A stretch of 60,883 bases of DNA from an uncultured Gammaproteobacteria bacterium (GTDB taxonomy: Bacteria; Patescibacteriota; Patescibacteriia; Patescibacteriales; GWC2-42-12). Where the stretch lies: the NCBI GenBank assembly GCA_964431805.1, contig CAYSKV010000006.1, forward strand, positions 1-60,883, in the 5' to 3' direction. Of the stretch, positions 39,495-48,561 are shown in pieces. The notes beneath the pieces are model-generated. The model saw nothing but the letters and a program-made list of their open reading frames with translations, did no database searches and had not been told where the DNA came from. How positions within the stretch are numbered: position 1 is the stretch's first letter; every line of letters starts with the position of its first letter. Position numbers and translations under genes: made by a program.

Positions 39495-39899
39495 ATGTTT
39501 ACAAAATATAATAAAATCATTTTTTCTAGCTTAATGATTGTTTTATCATTTTTAATGATGGCGCAGATTGTGTTAGCAGAGGAGCCTAAAGATAATAATT
39601 ATGGTTTAAATAAAACCGCTGACGTGGGTATGGGGATTAAAGCAGAGACGATAAATAATAGTAATTTGTCTGTTATTATTGGTAAAATTGTAGGCACGGG
39701 CTTAGCGTTTTTAGGTGTGGTTTTTTTCGTTTTAATACTTTATGCCGGTTTAGGTTGGATTTTGTCTATGGGCAATGAAGAAAAAATTAAGCAATCTAAA
39801 GACATGATTATAGCCGCAATTTTAGGTTTAATTGTAGTTTTAGGGGCTTATGCGATTACTATGCTTATACCTATGATATTTAAAAATGCAGGAATTTAA
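39495..39899 (+). CDS. VirB2-like pilin 2
   Basis: YAGLGWILSMGNEEKIKQSK core. Confidence 0.85.
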   Translation: MFTKYNKIIFSSLMIVLSFLMMAQIVLAEEPKDNNYGLNKTADVGMGIKAETINNSNLSVIIGKIVGTGLAFLGVVFFVLILYAGLGWILSMGNEEKIKQSKDMIIAAILGLIVVLGAYAITMLIPMIFKNAGI

Positions 39900-39912
39900 T
39901 AAATAGTAATTT

Positions 39913-40326
39913 ATGAAAAGGTTATACATATTTTTTATAGTTATTTTTTTGTTCTATGCTTTTGTAATTATATCAGCGCCGGTTCTTGCGGCCGATTCAA
40001 AATTTATTACAGGCATAAAAACCACCGGACAAGGCGCTGGCTATGAGGGTGTTATTGATGACGAATCTGATGCATTAAATTTTTTAGCGGTAATGTTGGG
40101 TCAGGCGGTAACACCGATTTTTATGGGTGTAGCCGGTATGATATCTTTCGCCTATGGCGGATATAAATGGATGATGGCGCGCGGCAACGAGCAGGACGTG
40201 GAATTAGCTAAAACTATAATTATAAATACTATAATCGCTATGGTAGTGGCTTTTTCCGCTTATGCGATTGTAATTTTAGTAGCCGGTAAAATAGTGGCTC
40301 CAACCTTAGGCTCTTCGGGTTTATAA
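39913..40326 (+). CDS. VirB2-like pilin 3
   Basis: YGGYKWMMARGNEQDVELAK core. Confidence 0.85.
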   Translation: MKRLYIFFIVIFLFYAFVIISAPVLAADSKFITGIKTTGQGAGYEGVIDDESDALNFLAVMLGQAVTPIFMGVAGMISFAYGGYKWMMARGNEQDVELAKTIIINTIIAMVVAFSAYAIVILVAGKIVAPTLGSSGL

Positions 40327-40333
40327 TAAATTT

Positions 40334-40783
40334 ATGAATAATAATAAAATAAAAATTTTTGCGGTTAGTTTGTTTTTTATAATGTTTTTTTCTGCTGTTA
40401 ACTTTTGTTATGCGTCAGATTCATTAAATTTAGGCAATGCTTTTAAGGACGATAAAAATAGTCCATTAAACGCCGCGGCTGGCGTTGGCGCTGGCTTTAA
40501 TACCGACGTGGATTTTCAAGAGATTGTTGCCGCCATAATTACTTCAGTTTTATCTTTAATGGGCGTAATATTTTTAGCTTTGATGATTTACGCCGGATTT
40601 AAATGGATGACGGCTAGAGGGGAAGAAGAAAAAGTTACTGACGCTAAAGAAACGCTTACGCGCGCTATTATTGGATTAATAATTGTTTTAGCCGCTTATG
40701 CGATTAGTTATTTTGTTGTAAGTAGCCTTAGTAGTAAGGTTTTAAATGATAGTGGATCAACAACGGAACAAGCACCAGAATAG
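40334..40783 (+). CDS. VirB2-like pilin 4
   Basis: YAGFKWMTARGEEEKVTDAK core. Confidence 0.85.
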   Translation: MNNNKIKIFAVSLFFIMFFSAVNFCYASDSLNLGNAFKDDKNSPLNAAAGVGAGFNTDVDFQEIVAAIITSVLSLMGVIFLALMIYAGFKWMTARGEEEKVTDAKETLTRAIIGLIIVLAAYAISYFVVSSLSSKVLNDSGSTTEQAPE

Positions 40784-40811
40784 TTAATTAGATGTCTCTA
40801 AAAATTATCTT

Positions 40812-41258
40812 TTGGCGCATCAAACTTTTAAGTTAAAAATATATTATATGAAAATAAAAACAATTAATAAAATTAGATATACAATTTTACCATTTTTATT
40901 TATATTAATAGCTTTTCCATTATTAACTCATGCCGAAGATCCAGCTTTAACGAATTTAAAGAATGTAGGTAGCGTTAAAGGACCATATCAAGCGATAGAT
41001 TCAGGCAAAAATGATTTAGCTGGTATTGTTGGTATTGGTATCCAAGCATTTTTAGGACTGCTGGGCATGATATTTTTAGTTTTAATACTTTATGCTGGTT
41101 ATATGTGGATGATAGCGCGCGGCGAAGAAGAAAAAGTAGAAAAAGCAAAGGATACTTTAACTAGGGCGGTTATTGGTTTAATTATTGTGGTCGGCGCTTA
41201 TGCGATTAGTTATTTTGTTATTGATAAATTAATTATTAGCGGCAATATAATAAAATAA
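40812..41258 (+). CDS. VirB2-like pilin 5 (ATG start probably 40848)
   Basis: YAGYMWMIARGEEEKVEKAK core. Confidence 0.85.
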   Translation: MAHQTFKLKIYYMKIKTINKIRYTILPFLFILIAFPLLTHAEDPALTNLKNVGSVKGPYQAIDSGKNDLAGIVGIGIQAFLGLLGMIFLVLILYAGYMWMIARGEEEKVEKAKDTLTRAVIGLIIVVGAYAISYFVIDKLIISGNIIK

Positions 41259-41260
41259 AT

Positions 41261-41725
41261 ATGTCTAAAAAATATTTTAAAAAAGCATTAATCGTTTTAA
41301 CTTTATTTATAATTATTTCAGCTAATTTTTATTTTATTAAAAATGTTAACGCTGAGGATACAGCTAAAACTAGTGCGGTGAATCAACTGCAAGCTGCCGG
41401 TAGCCCATGGGGCGGAGGAAAGCCTACGGGCAATGATAGTTTGGCCGGAATTATGGCTACGGCAATTAAAGCATTTTTAGGATTACTTGGTATTATATTT
41501 TTAGTTTTAATAATTTATGCTGGTTTTACTTGGATGACGGCTCAGGGCGAAGAAGAAAAAGTTACCAGAGCTAAAGAAACTTTGCAACGCGCAATCATTG
41601 GTTTAATTATAATAGTCGCGGCTTATTCTATAACTTACTTTGTATTTAATAGTTTGCCTGGGGGCGGTAGCGGTAGCGGAGGTAGTACACCGTCGCCATC
41701 ACCTGTGATTAATACTGGCGGTTAA
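41261..41725 (+). CDS. VirB2-like pilin 6
   Basis: YAGFTWMTAQGEEEKVTRAK core; Gly/Ser/Pro tail. Confidence 0.85.
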   Translation: MSKKYFKKALIVLTLFIIISANFYFIKNVNAEDTAKTSAVNQLQAAGSPWGGGKPTGNDSLAGIMATAIKAFLGLLGIIFLVLIIYAGFTWMTAQGEEEKVTRAKETLQRAIIGLIIIVAAYSITYFVFNSLPGGGSGSGGSTPSPSPVINTGG

Positions 41726-41745
41726 TATAAAATTAGTAGATATAA

Positions 41746-41780
41746 AAAAGGCGTTTATCTTTAAAAGATAAACGCCTTTT
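41746..41780. terminator. Bidirectional terminator
   Basis: AAAAGGCGTTTATCTT-taa-AAGATAAACGCCTTTT. Confidence 0.8.
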
Positions 41781-41804
41781 GGCATTTATTTATTTTTTGC
41801 TTTT

Positions 41805-42341
41805 TTATTGCGGCATCTGGGTCATCCAATGGCCCGCAATTTTTTCCTCCTTCCCTCCGCGTTTAATTATGGTCCTTACATCAGCGTAGGGTGTAACTTT
41901 AAGGTTGTTGGTGTATGTATTATAACCATCAGCCCAAACAGTTACATATTCTCCCCATTTTAGTTTGTGTTCAAGCTTAGTTCTAGCGGGTACGTCTTGC
42001 TGAAAAATTGTTAATCCGCCGATTTTTGTTTTGATAGTTAAATTCCATTTTGAATATCTATCATTAACAATAAAACCCAATGCTTCAGTTTCCGCGGTTG
42101 ATGTTTTGCCTGACGTGTAGCTTTCTATAAGTCTTGTTTCTGCGTTTGTTTTTTCAACGATCGAGTAAGCCGTTGCTGCGCTGATCGCATTATCTGGCCC
42201 AGGGAAGATGCCGCCATGTTTTAATTCGTAAATTTTCTGCTCACCATTGTTTAGTGTGACGTATTGTCTGGTGGCGCATCCCATCAACCAAGATATTGTC
42301 ATTACTACGATTAAAGCTATAAGTACTTTTTTTGTTTTCAT
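41805..42341 (-). CDS. Hypothetical lipoprotein
   Basis: Lipobox-like WLMG-C; SD AGGAGG; TTGACT-17-TATGAT promoter upstream. Confidence 0.75.
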   Translation of the reverse strand: MKTKKVLIALIVVMTISWLMGCATRQYVTLNNGEQKIYELKHGGIFPGPDNAISAATAYSIVEKTNAETRLIESYTSGKTSTAETEALGFIVNDRYSKWNLTIKTKIGGLTIFQQDVPARTKLEHKLKWGEYVTVWADGYNTYTNNLKVTPYADVRTIIKRGGKEEKIAGHWMTQMPQ

Positions 42342-42628
42342 GATAATTATGCCCTCCTTTTGGCAAATGTAAATAAGTTGAATTGTTTATTTTTTAAATC
42401 ATCCTAAGCAAAAGGCTATATTTTATTATAGATAGTCTACTATTTAGGACAATTTAAAATAGTTTTTAAAGAACCGATTTTGTATCATACCACTAAATTT
42501 ATAAAAAGTCAAGGTTGACTTAAGGTCTTATCTATGATAAGATTATAATATCAAGAAAATCCCTATCTTAAATTCCTCGTAGGAAAGGATAGGGATTTTT
42601 TATATAAAAATTATTTAATATTAGCAAA

Positions 42629-43189
42629 ATGGAAGCACTAAAAAAGAATCATAATAAAATAATTACGCTAAAACAAGCCAAAAAAGTTATAATTTTTTTG
42701 GTATTCGTTTTTTTCTTTGAGTTTTTATTATTTCCCGCGCCCGTAGCAGCTAGTCAAATGGAAGAAAGCACTGAAATTAGCCAAAATCAATCGATCGTTT
42801 CTTTGGAAAATGAAATAGATCAAGAGATAGTCGCCGATATTATGGAATTTAATGGCAAGTTGCCACAAAGTGAAGATGCTGAAATTGACTTTTCTAAATA
42901 CGTAGTTATTACAGCTTATAATTCAGAGGTTGGGCAAACCGACAACTCTCCATGTATAACCGCTAATGGTTTTGATGTTTGTAAAAACGGAATTGAAGAC
43001 ACTATAGCAGCTAATTTTTTACCATTTGGCACAAAGGTTAAAATACCGGCCTTATTTGGCGATAGAGTTTTTGTGGTGCGCGACAGAATGAATAAAAGGT
43101 TTTCTGATAGAGTTGACGTTTGGATGTTGGAAAAGTCTACTGCTATTAAATTTGGGGCAAAAGTGGCTAAAATAGAGGTTATAGAATAA
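42629..43189 (+). CDS. 3D-domain (lytic transglycosylase-like) protein
   Basis: ITAYNS...IAANFLPFGTKVKIP...VRDRM...VDVW. Confidence 0.85.
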   Translation: MEALKKNHNKIITLKQAKKVIIFLVFVFFFEFLLFPAPVAASQMEESTEISQNQSIVSLENEIDQEIVADIMEFNGKLPQSEDAEIDFSKYVVITAYNSEVGQTDNSPCITANGFDVCKNGIEDTIAANFLPFGTKVKIPALFGDRVFVVRDRMNKRFSDRVDVWMLEKSTAIKFGAKVAKIEVIE

Positions 43190-43307
43190 ACTTAATTAAA
43201 ATGACATTAAATCAAAGCACACCTTTTAGAGGGTGTTTTATTATACTTGTTTTAAGCGGTTATATTTGTTATATTAAATAAAGATTTAAGAATAAATTTA
43301 GCATAAT

Positions 43308-43379
43308 GGCCAGGTAGCCAAGCGGTAAGGCGAGAGTCTGCAAAACTCTTATGCATGGGTTCAATTCCCATCCTGGCCT
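43308..43379 (+). tRNA. tRNA-Cys(GCA)
   Basis: Cloverleaf; agagt-ctGCAaa-actct; U73. Confidence 0.95.
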
Positions 43380-43386
43380 CAAATAT

Positions 43387-43500
43387 TTAAGTCCACATAA
43401 ATGTGGACTTAAGTTGTTTATTAAAACTGTGGATAAAAAGTGGAGTATGTGGATAAATATCAGACTTAAGTCTACAAAAATGTAGACTTAAGTCTGATAT
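43387..43500. repeat. Two GACTTAAGTC-family palindromes flanking two perfect DnaA boxes
   Basis: IRs at 43387-43412 and 43457-43500; TGTGGATAA at 43428-43436 and 43448-43456. Confidence 0.9.
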
Positions 43501-44083
43501 TGAGTAAATTTAAAATATAAATTGGCTAAAATTAGTGAATTGTTTTATTTCATCTAGATTATTGACTTATTGCATTTTTAGTGGTATATTTATATTAGAA
43601 CATTAATAATATTTATAGAAAAGTTTTCCGAAGTTATGATTTGGGAGAATTTTTCTTTATTGCTGACTTAAAATGCCAGAGTTCACATGGCAATTTATAA
43701 AAACAAAAATAAAATAACGGTAGGTTTTCTTACAAAATAAAAATCAAGGAGATTTACCAAAAGACAGCAATAATTCGCATTTTTAAAGTGAACTATCAAT
43801 GCTTCAAACCTTGAAGATTAGGGATTTTCTTATCTATCCATTGGATGGAGAAGGAATATATCTTTAGGGATGGGGCTCAGGTTACGGCCTATATATCAAT
43901 TTTATTTTATATAAAAAGGGGCCCGTTCTGGGCCCTTTTTAAATACTTAAAATTTTATCTTGCCTCTTGCAAAAAAGCCCTATATAGCGTATATTATAAG
44001 TGATGATTTATTCCTAATATCAGGAATAAATTTTAGTTTCAAGTTAATTTTCTAAATTTATTTTTTGGGATAATTTAAATAAT

Positions 44084-44455
44084 ATGGATAAAAAAGTAAT
44101 AGCAAAAATTAAAAAAGATTTATTAGTTAGCAGAAAGCAATTAATGGGAGATTTAAAAAGTTTTACCACTAAAGATGAGCATGAAAAAGATGAGCACCAT
44201 ACCAGTTTTCCTAATTATGGCGATAAGAGCGATGAGAATGTTCAAGAAATTGATGACTATACTACTAACCTAGCTAAAGAAAAAGTTTTAGAAAGCGCTT
44301 TGCGTGATATTGACAATGCTTTAGAGAGAATTGAAAAAGGAAATTATGGTATTTGTAAATATTGTAAACAAGAAATTGGCGAAAAACGTCTTATGGCTAG
44401 ACCGGTAGCGAATACTTGTATTTCTTGTAAAACTAAATTGCAAAAAATGGCTTAA
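44084..44455 (+). CDS. TraR/DksA C4 zinc-finger protein
   Basis: ALERIEKGNYGICKYC...RLMARP.ANTCISC. Confidence 0.9.
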   Translation: MDKKVIAKIKKDLLVSRKQLMGDLKSFTTKDEHEKDEHHTSFPNYGDKSDENVQEIDDYTTNLAKEKVLESALRDIDNALERIEKGNYGICKYCKQEIGEKRLMARPVANTCISCKTKLQKMA

Positions 44456-44541
44456 GTTTTTATGTTTAAAGATATTAACCCCAGTTAGAAGTTTAGATTT
44501 TAATGAGTTGGGGTAAATTAATATTCTGATTATAAATTACC

Positions 44542-45033
44542 ATGCAAACTTCTAACGGGGTAAAAAAAATGATAGCGGTTAATCTAGCTGTCATTTTTTT
44601 TATTGGCCTAGACAGATTTTTAAAAGTTTTTTCTTTTAATAATCAGGATAGTGAATTTAATTTATTAGGCGAGATTTTAAAATTTAATTATAAAAATAAT
44701 TATAATATAGCTTTTTCTTTACCTTTGAATGGAAATTTTTTAATAGTTTTAATTGTTTTAATAATAATAATTTTAATATTACTAGGTTTGTTTTATGCTA
44801 AGAAAAATCAAACCAGGGAGGCAACAGTATTATTTTTAATTATTTTAGGCGCTAGTAGCAATTTATATGATAGATTGCAGTATGGTTTTGTGATTGATTA
44901 TTTAGATTTAAAATATTTTACTGTATTTAATTTAGCTGATATGATGATAGTTGGCGGCGTAATTTACTTATTATTTTTTATTAAAAATTATCAATATGAC
45001 ACAATTTTCACCAGAAAGATTATTAATAAATAA
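44542..45033 (+). CDS. lspA: Signal peptidase II
   Basis: NYNIAFS, GASSNLYDRL, VIDYL, FNLAD. Confidence 0.92.
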   Translation: MQTSNGVKKMIAVNLAVIFFIGLDRFLKVFSFNNQDSEFNLLGEILKFNYKNNYNIAFSLPLNGNFLIVLIVLIIIILILLGLFYAKKNQTREATVLFLIILGASSNLYDRLQYGFVIDYLDLKYFTVFNLADMMIVGGVIYLLFFIKNYQYDTIFTRKIINK

Positions 45034-45907
45034 AGACAGTAGTCAACGAGAGATACAAAATATTAGAGACAAAAAAGAGAGCGAGATTAAGCAGCATAAA
45101 GAAAATTTAGATGTAGCTTATGAAAAGGCAAGCGGTATGCTTGATGATGAAAGAATAAAATCAAGTAAATTTAAGGGTTTGTATGGTAAGGAAATAATAA
45201 AAAACGATGATAATTACGTAGAGGAAAGACAAAGAAATTTTAGAAAAAATGATACGCCAGAGCAAATAGAAATGCAAAAATATGCCACAGTTTTTGAAGC
45301 GATAATTCATGATCAAATTGATATGAATGGTTGGCTAGGCGAACATGCCAAAGCTAAAAAAGCCTCCTGGTACGATGATTTTAAAAATGGCATAGATGAA
45401 ATAGTTGAATTTGAGCAGACCGAGACATCAGCGACTTCTCATTTAGCCTTGGGCGTAGATATAACTTTTAGTACGGGTATTTTTAAAAAAATGAATGATA
45501 TAAAAACGCGAATAGATAGCGGGGATATTGGAGTTATTAAATATCTTTTAACTAAAACTTATCGCGGCGAGATGAGAGATGTCCCCAGAGTAGTTATTGG
45601 CGCAGATATGAAAAACTTAAACGAAATAATTAAATTATGGGTGGATAAAAAGAAAAAAAATTTAGCTCAGCATAGAGTTAAATTTATGGTTCTTAGTCAA
45701 ATTATGATGCAATTAAATGACTTTGCCGAATATGCGGAAAAAATAGGCAAACATGAAATTGCTGATAGTTTTTTTAGAGTTTTAAAAATTGTAGAGAATG
45801 TTTGGGAAGAAGAGTCTAAAAAATATCCTGACGGAGATCTTAATTTTGATGAAGATCGAGTTTATAGCGCTATTAAAAATTATTGCGATGATTTAGATAA
45901 GCAATAA
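44996..45907 (+). CDS. Hypothetical protein
   Basis: 303-aa ORF; YDDFKNGID...LALGVDIT acidic motifs; no confident family. Confidence 0.7.
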   Translation: MTQFSPERLLINKDSSQREIQNIRDKKESEIKQHKENLDVAYEKASGMLDDERIKSSKFKGLYGKEIIKNDDNYVEERQRNFRKNDTPEQIEMQKYATVFEAIIHDQIDMNGWLGEHAKAKKASWYDDFKNGIDEIVEFEQTETSATSHLALGVDITFSTGIFKKMNDIKTRIDSGDIGVIKYLLTKTYRGEMRDVPRVVIGADMKNLNEIIKLWVDKKKKNLAQHRVKFMVLSQIMMQLNDFAEYAEKIGKHEIADSFFRVLKIVENVWEEESKKYPDGDLNFDEDRVYSAIKNYCDDLDKQ

Positions 45908-45908
45908 A

Positions 45909-46328
45909 TTAAAAAATAATTTTCCTTGAATTATTTTTTTGAAGATTTATTTTAATAAATTTTGTCTTTTTAGGCAAGATTTTTTTTATTTTATCAGCCC
46001 ATTCGATAATAGTTATGGCATCGGGGCGATTAAAATATTCATCAGCGCCGATAGCGATTAAGTCTTTAGTTGATTTAATGCGATAGGCGTCAATATGAAC
46101 TAAAAATTTAATAGTTGGCGATTTAACTGGGTAAACTTTCATTAAGACAAAAGTCGGGCTAGTAATGTTTTTTTTAATTTTTAAGCCTTGCGCCAAGCCT
46201 TTAGTAAAAATAGTTTTACCGGCGCCTAAATTTCCGATTAAACCAAAAACTTCCCCGCCAATTAAGTTTTTAGAAAATTTTTTAGCGAAGTTAAAAGTTT
46301 GTTTTTCGGAAATAGAGAAGAGTGTCAT
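45909..46328 (-). CDS. tsaE: t6A biosynthesis ATPase
   Basis: GNLGAGKT, TSPTF, HIDAYR, IIEWA. Confidence 0.95.
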   Translation of the reverse strand: MTLFSISEKQTFNFAKKFSKNLIGGEVFGLIGNLGAGKTIFTKGLAQGLKIKKNITSPTFVLMKVYPVKSPTIKFLVHIDAYRIKSTKDLIAIGADEYFNRPDAITIIEWADKIKKILPKKTKFIKINLQKNNSRKIIF

Positions 46329-46423
46329 GTTTACCCTGTTAGAGCTAAATATGATAAATTAATTTATGAGTTAAGTTAATCATTAATGAGTTAAAGACTA
46401 AACCGAATTAATCTCTAATAGGG

Positions 46424-46495
46424 TGGACAGTACAGGACTCGAACCTGTAACCCCTGCGATGTAAACGCAGTGCTCTACCATTGAGCTAACTGTCC
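46424..46495 (-). tRNA. tRNA-Val(TAC)
   Basis: Cloverleaf; ctgcg-ttTACat-cgcag. Confidence 0.95.
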
Positions 46496-46503
46496 GCGAC
46501 TAG

Positions 46504-46587
46504 TGCCGAAGACAGGACTTGAACCTGCAAGGGGTTGCCCCCACCAGCACCTCAAGCTGGCGCGTATACCAGTTCCGCCACCTCGGC
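46504..46587 (-). tRNA. tRNA-Leu(GAG)
   Basis: Cloverleaf with long variable arm; ccagc-ttGAGgt-gctgg. Confidence 0.95.
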
Positions 46588-46593
46588 AATGGT

Positions 46594-46938
46594 TTAGGCA
46601 ATTTTTATCTCTTTCATTTTTTTATTATAGTCGCGTAAGAAATATAATTTAGCGCGTCTAACCTTGTTTTGTTTTTTTATTTCTATTTTAGTAATAGTTG
46701 GCAAGTTTAGAGGAAAGATTTTTTCTACACCAACACCGTCAGATATTTTTCTAACTGTAATAGTGCCGCCGGCTTCTTTGCCATGTTTTTTAGCAATAAT
46801 TATGCCTTCATAATATTGTACTCTTTCTTTTTCTTCGCCTTTAGAATTAAGTTCTTGAATTTTTTGGTAAACTCTTACGGTCATGCCCGGTTTTAAATCA
46901 GCCGGATCAATTTTTATAGCGGTTGTTTCTTTTGCCAT
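46594..46938 (-). CDS. rplS: 50S ribosomal protein L19
   Basis: RVQYYEGIII, TVRKIS.GVGVEKIFP, VRRAKLYFLR. Confidence 0.97.
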   Translation of the reverse strand: MAKETTAIKIDPADLKPGMTVRVYQKIQELNSKGEEKERVQYYEGIIIAKKHGKEAGGTITVRKISDGVGVEKIFPLNLPTITKIEIKKQNKVRRAKLYFLRDYNKKMKEIKIA

Positions 46939-47022
46939 ATGATTTTTAGTATTTAAAAATAGAACATTAAGGTTCTATTTTAAATATGTTTAATATTTAA
47001 TGATTTAACTATATTATAACAA

Positions 47023-47598
47023 TTAACTGGTTTTGTCAACTAATTTTAGTCGTTTTTTAATATAGTTATAAACTTCGCTAAAAACCTGTTTTTTATTTAA
47101 ATTTGTGGTATTTAAAATATAATCGTAATTTTTTTTGTTATAAAGATTAAAATGATAATATTTTTTATAGCGCTTATAATCGCTTAATTTTCTCTGTTTA
47201 TGGCTTTTTAACACTTCTCGAATAGAGTGTAATTTTTTATCTTCGTTTCTTTTATCGTGTTTTTTAAGCTCATTAAAAACTCTTTCCGCGCCTGTTTTTT
47301 CATCTACATCAATATAAATTTTTATTGATTTAGGTATTAGGTGCCAGGCCGTTCGGCTTTCAATTATACATTGAGGATGTTTTTTAGGAATTTGTTTTAT
47401 ATAATTATCAACTTCATTATCAGTAAAACTTTCTTTTTCTCCGAGTTTATTAAATTCAGCTAAAGTTAAACCCATCGTTTTTGCCTGCATTCTTCGTATG
47501 CCCCCGCCATAAAATCTTGGCCAATTTAATTTTTTAGCTAGTTTTTTAGCTACAGTTGATTTTCCAGAACCAGGAGTTCCATTTATTGTTATTACCAT
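47023..47598 (-). CDS. cmk: Cytidylate kinase, archaeal-type family
   Basis: ITINGTPGSGKSTVAK, IESRTA, DYKRYKKYY, LNTTNL. Confidence 0.8.
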   Translation of the reverse strand: MVITINGTPGSGKSTVAKKLAKKLNWPRFYGGGIRRMQAKTMGLTLAEFNKLGEKESFTDNEVDNYIKQIPKKHPQCIIESRTAWHLIPKSIKIYIDVDEKTGAERVFNELKKHDKRNEDKKLHSIREVLKSHKQRKLSDYKRYKKYYHFNLYNKKNYDYILNTTNLNKKQVFSEVYNYIKKRLKLVDKTS

Positions 47599-47602
47599 AA
47601 TT

Positions 47603-48553
47603 TTATTTAACCTGTTTTAAAATATTTTTTAATTCTTCGGTTAGATTTATTTTATAATTTTGTCGTTTTTTTGTTAAGTCAGTAAAAGCTAGATGGTCGG
47701 CGATTAAAAATATTCTGTTTAAACCTAATTTTTTATTTTGTGTTCTAGATTTAGCCGTGCCGTAAATATTATCGCCTACGATTGGATGGTCATAAGCGGC
47801 TAAATGAACTCTGATTTGATGCGTACGGCCGGTTTTAATTTTTATTTTTAATAAAGTGTAATTTATTAATCTTTGTAAAATTGTAAATTCTGTTTCTGCT
47901 AATCGCCCCGCTTCAGTCGGCTCGCCTTTAACCGTCGCTGGCATAGCCGCCATTTTATAACCTTCCCTGGCTCGTTTAATTGGGAAGTTTATAATTGCTT
48001 TATCTTTTTGAATTTTTCCGTGAACTAAGGCGGTGTATTCTTTTTTTATTGTTCGATTTTGAAATTGTTTTTTAAGATTATCAAAAGCGGCTTGAGTTTT
48101 TGCTATAACCATTAGCCCGCTAACATCTTTATCTAAACGATGGACTATGCCTGGGCGTTCTGGATCGTCGCCAACTTTTTTTATTTTTGGGTATTTTTCT
48201 GTTAGCCAATCGGCTAAAGTGTAATTAGCTAAACCATGGACCGCTAACCCGGCCGGTTTGTTTATTACTAAGAATTCATCAGTTTCATGAATAATTTTTA
48301 TTTTATGATTGGGTGCGCTAATAAACTTTTTTTTATCAATTAATTTTTTATCAGAGGAAAGATTTTTGGCGATATTAATTATGTCGCCAGGTTTAAGCGA
48401 ATAATGCGATGAAATAATTAAATCATTTATTTTAATTAAGCCTTGTTCAATTAATTTTTGAATTTGATTCCGCGAAAGTTTTAGAGATTTAGAGTTAGTT
48501 AAAAATTTATCGAGTCGTTCGCCAGAATTAGTTTCAGTTATTTTTATATTCAT
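47603..48553 (-). CDS. RluA/RluD family pseudouridine synthase
   Basis: S4 domain; NKPAGL, GIVHRLDKDVSG, TGRTHQIRVH. Confidence 0.95.
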   Translation of the reverse strand: MNIKITETNSGERLDKFLTNSKSLKLSRNQIQKLIEQGLIKINDLIISSHYSLKPGDIINIAKNLSSDKKLIDKKKFISAPNHKIKIIHETDEFLVINKPAGLAVHGLANYTLADWLTEKYPKIKKVGDDPERPGIVHRLDKDVSGLMVIAKTQAAFDNLKKQFQNRTIKKEYTALVHGKIQKDKAIINFPIKRAREGYKMAAMPATVKGEPTEAGRLAETEFTILQRLINYTLLKIKIKTGRTHQIRVHLAAYDHPIVGDNIYGTAKSRTQNKKLGLNRIFLIADHLAFTDLTKKRQNYKINLTEELKNILKQVK

Positions 48554-48561
48554 AGAAATAG

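Noticed and set aside
43640-43940. Possible gene remnant or small ORFs upstream of the DksA-like gene
   Set aside because: Only <25-aa frames interrupted by stops, with no recognisable motif; the shared AAGGGGCCCGTTCTGGG with ~18210 is too short to interpret
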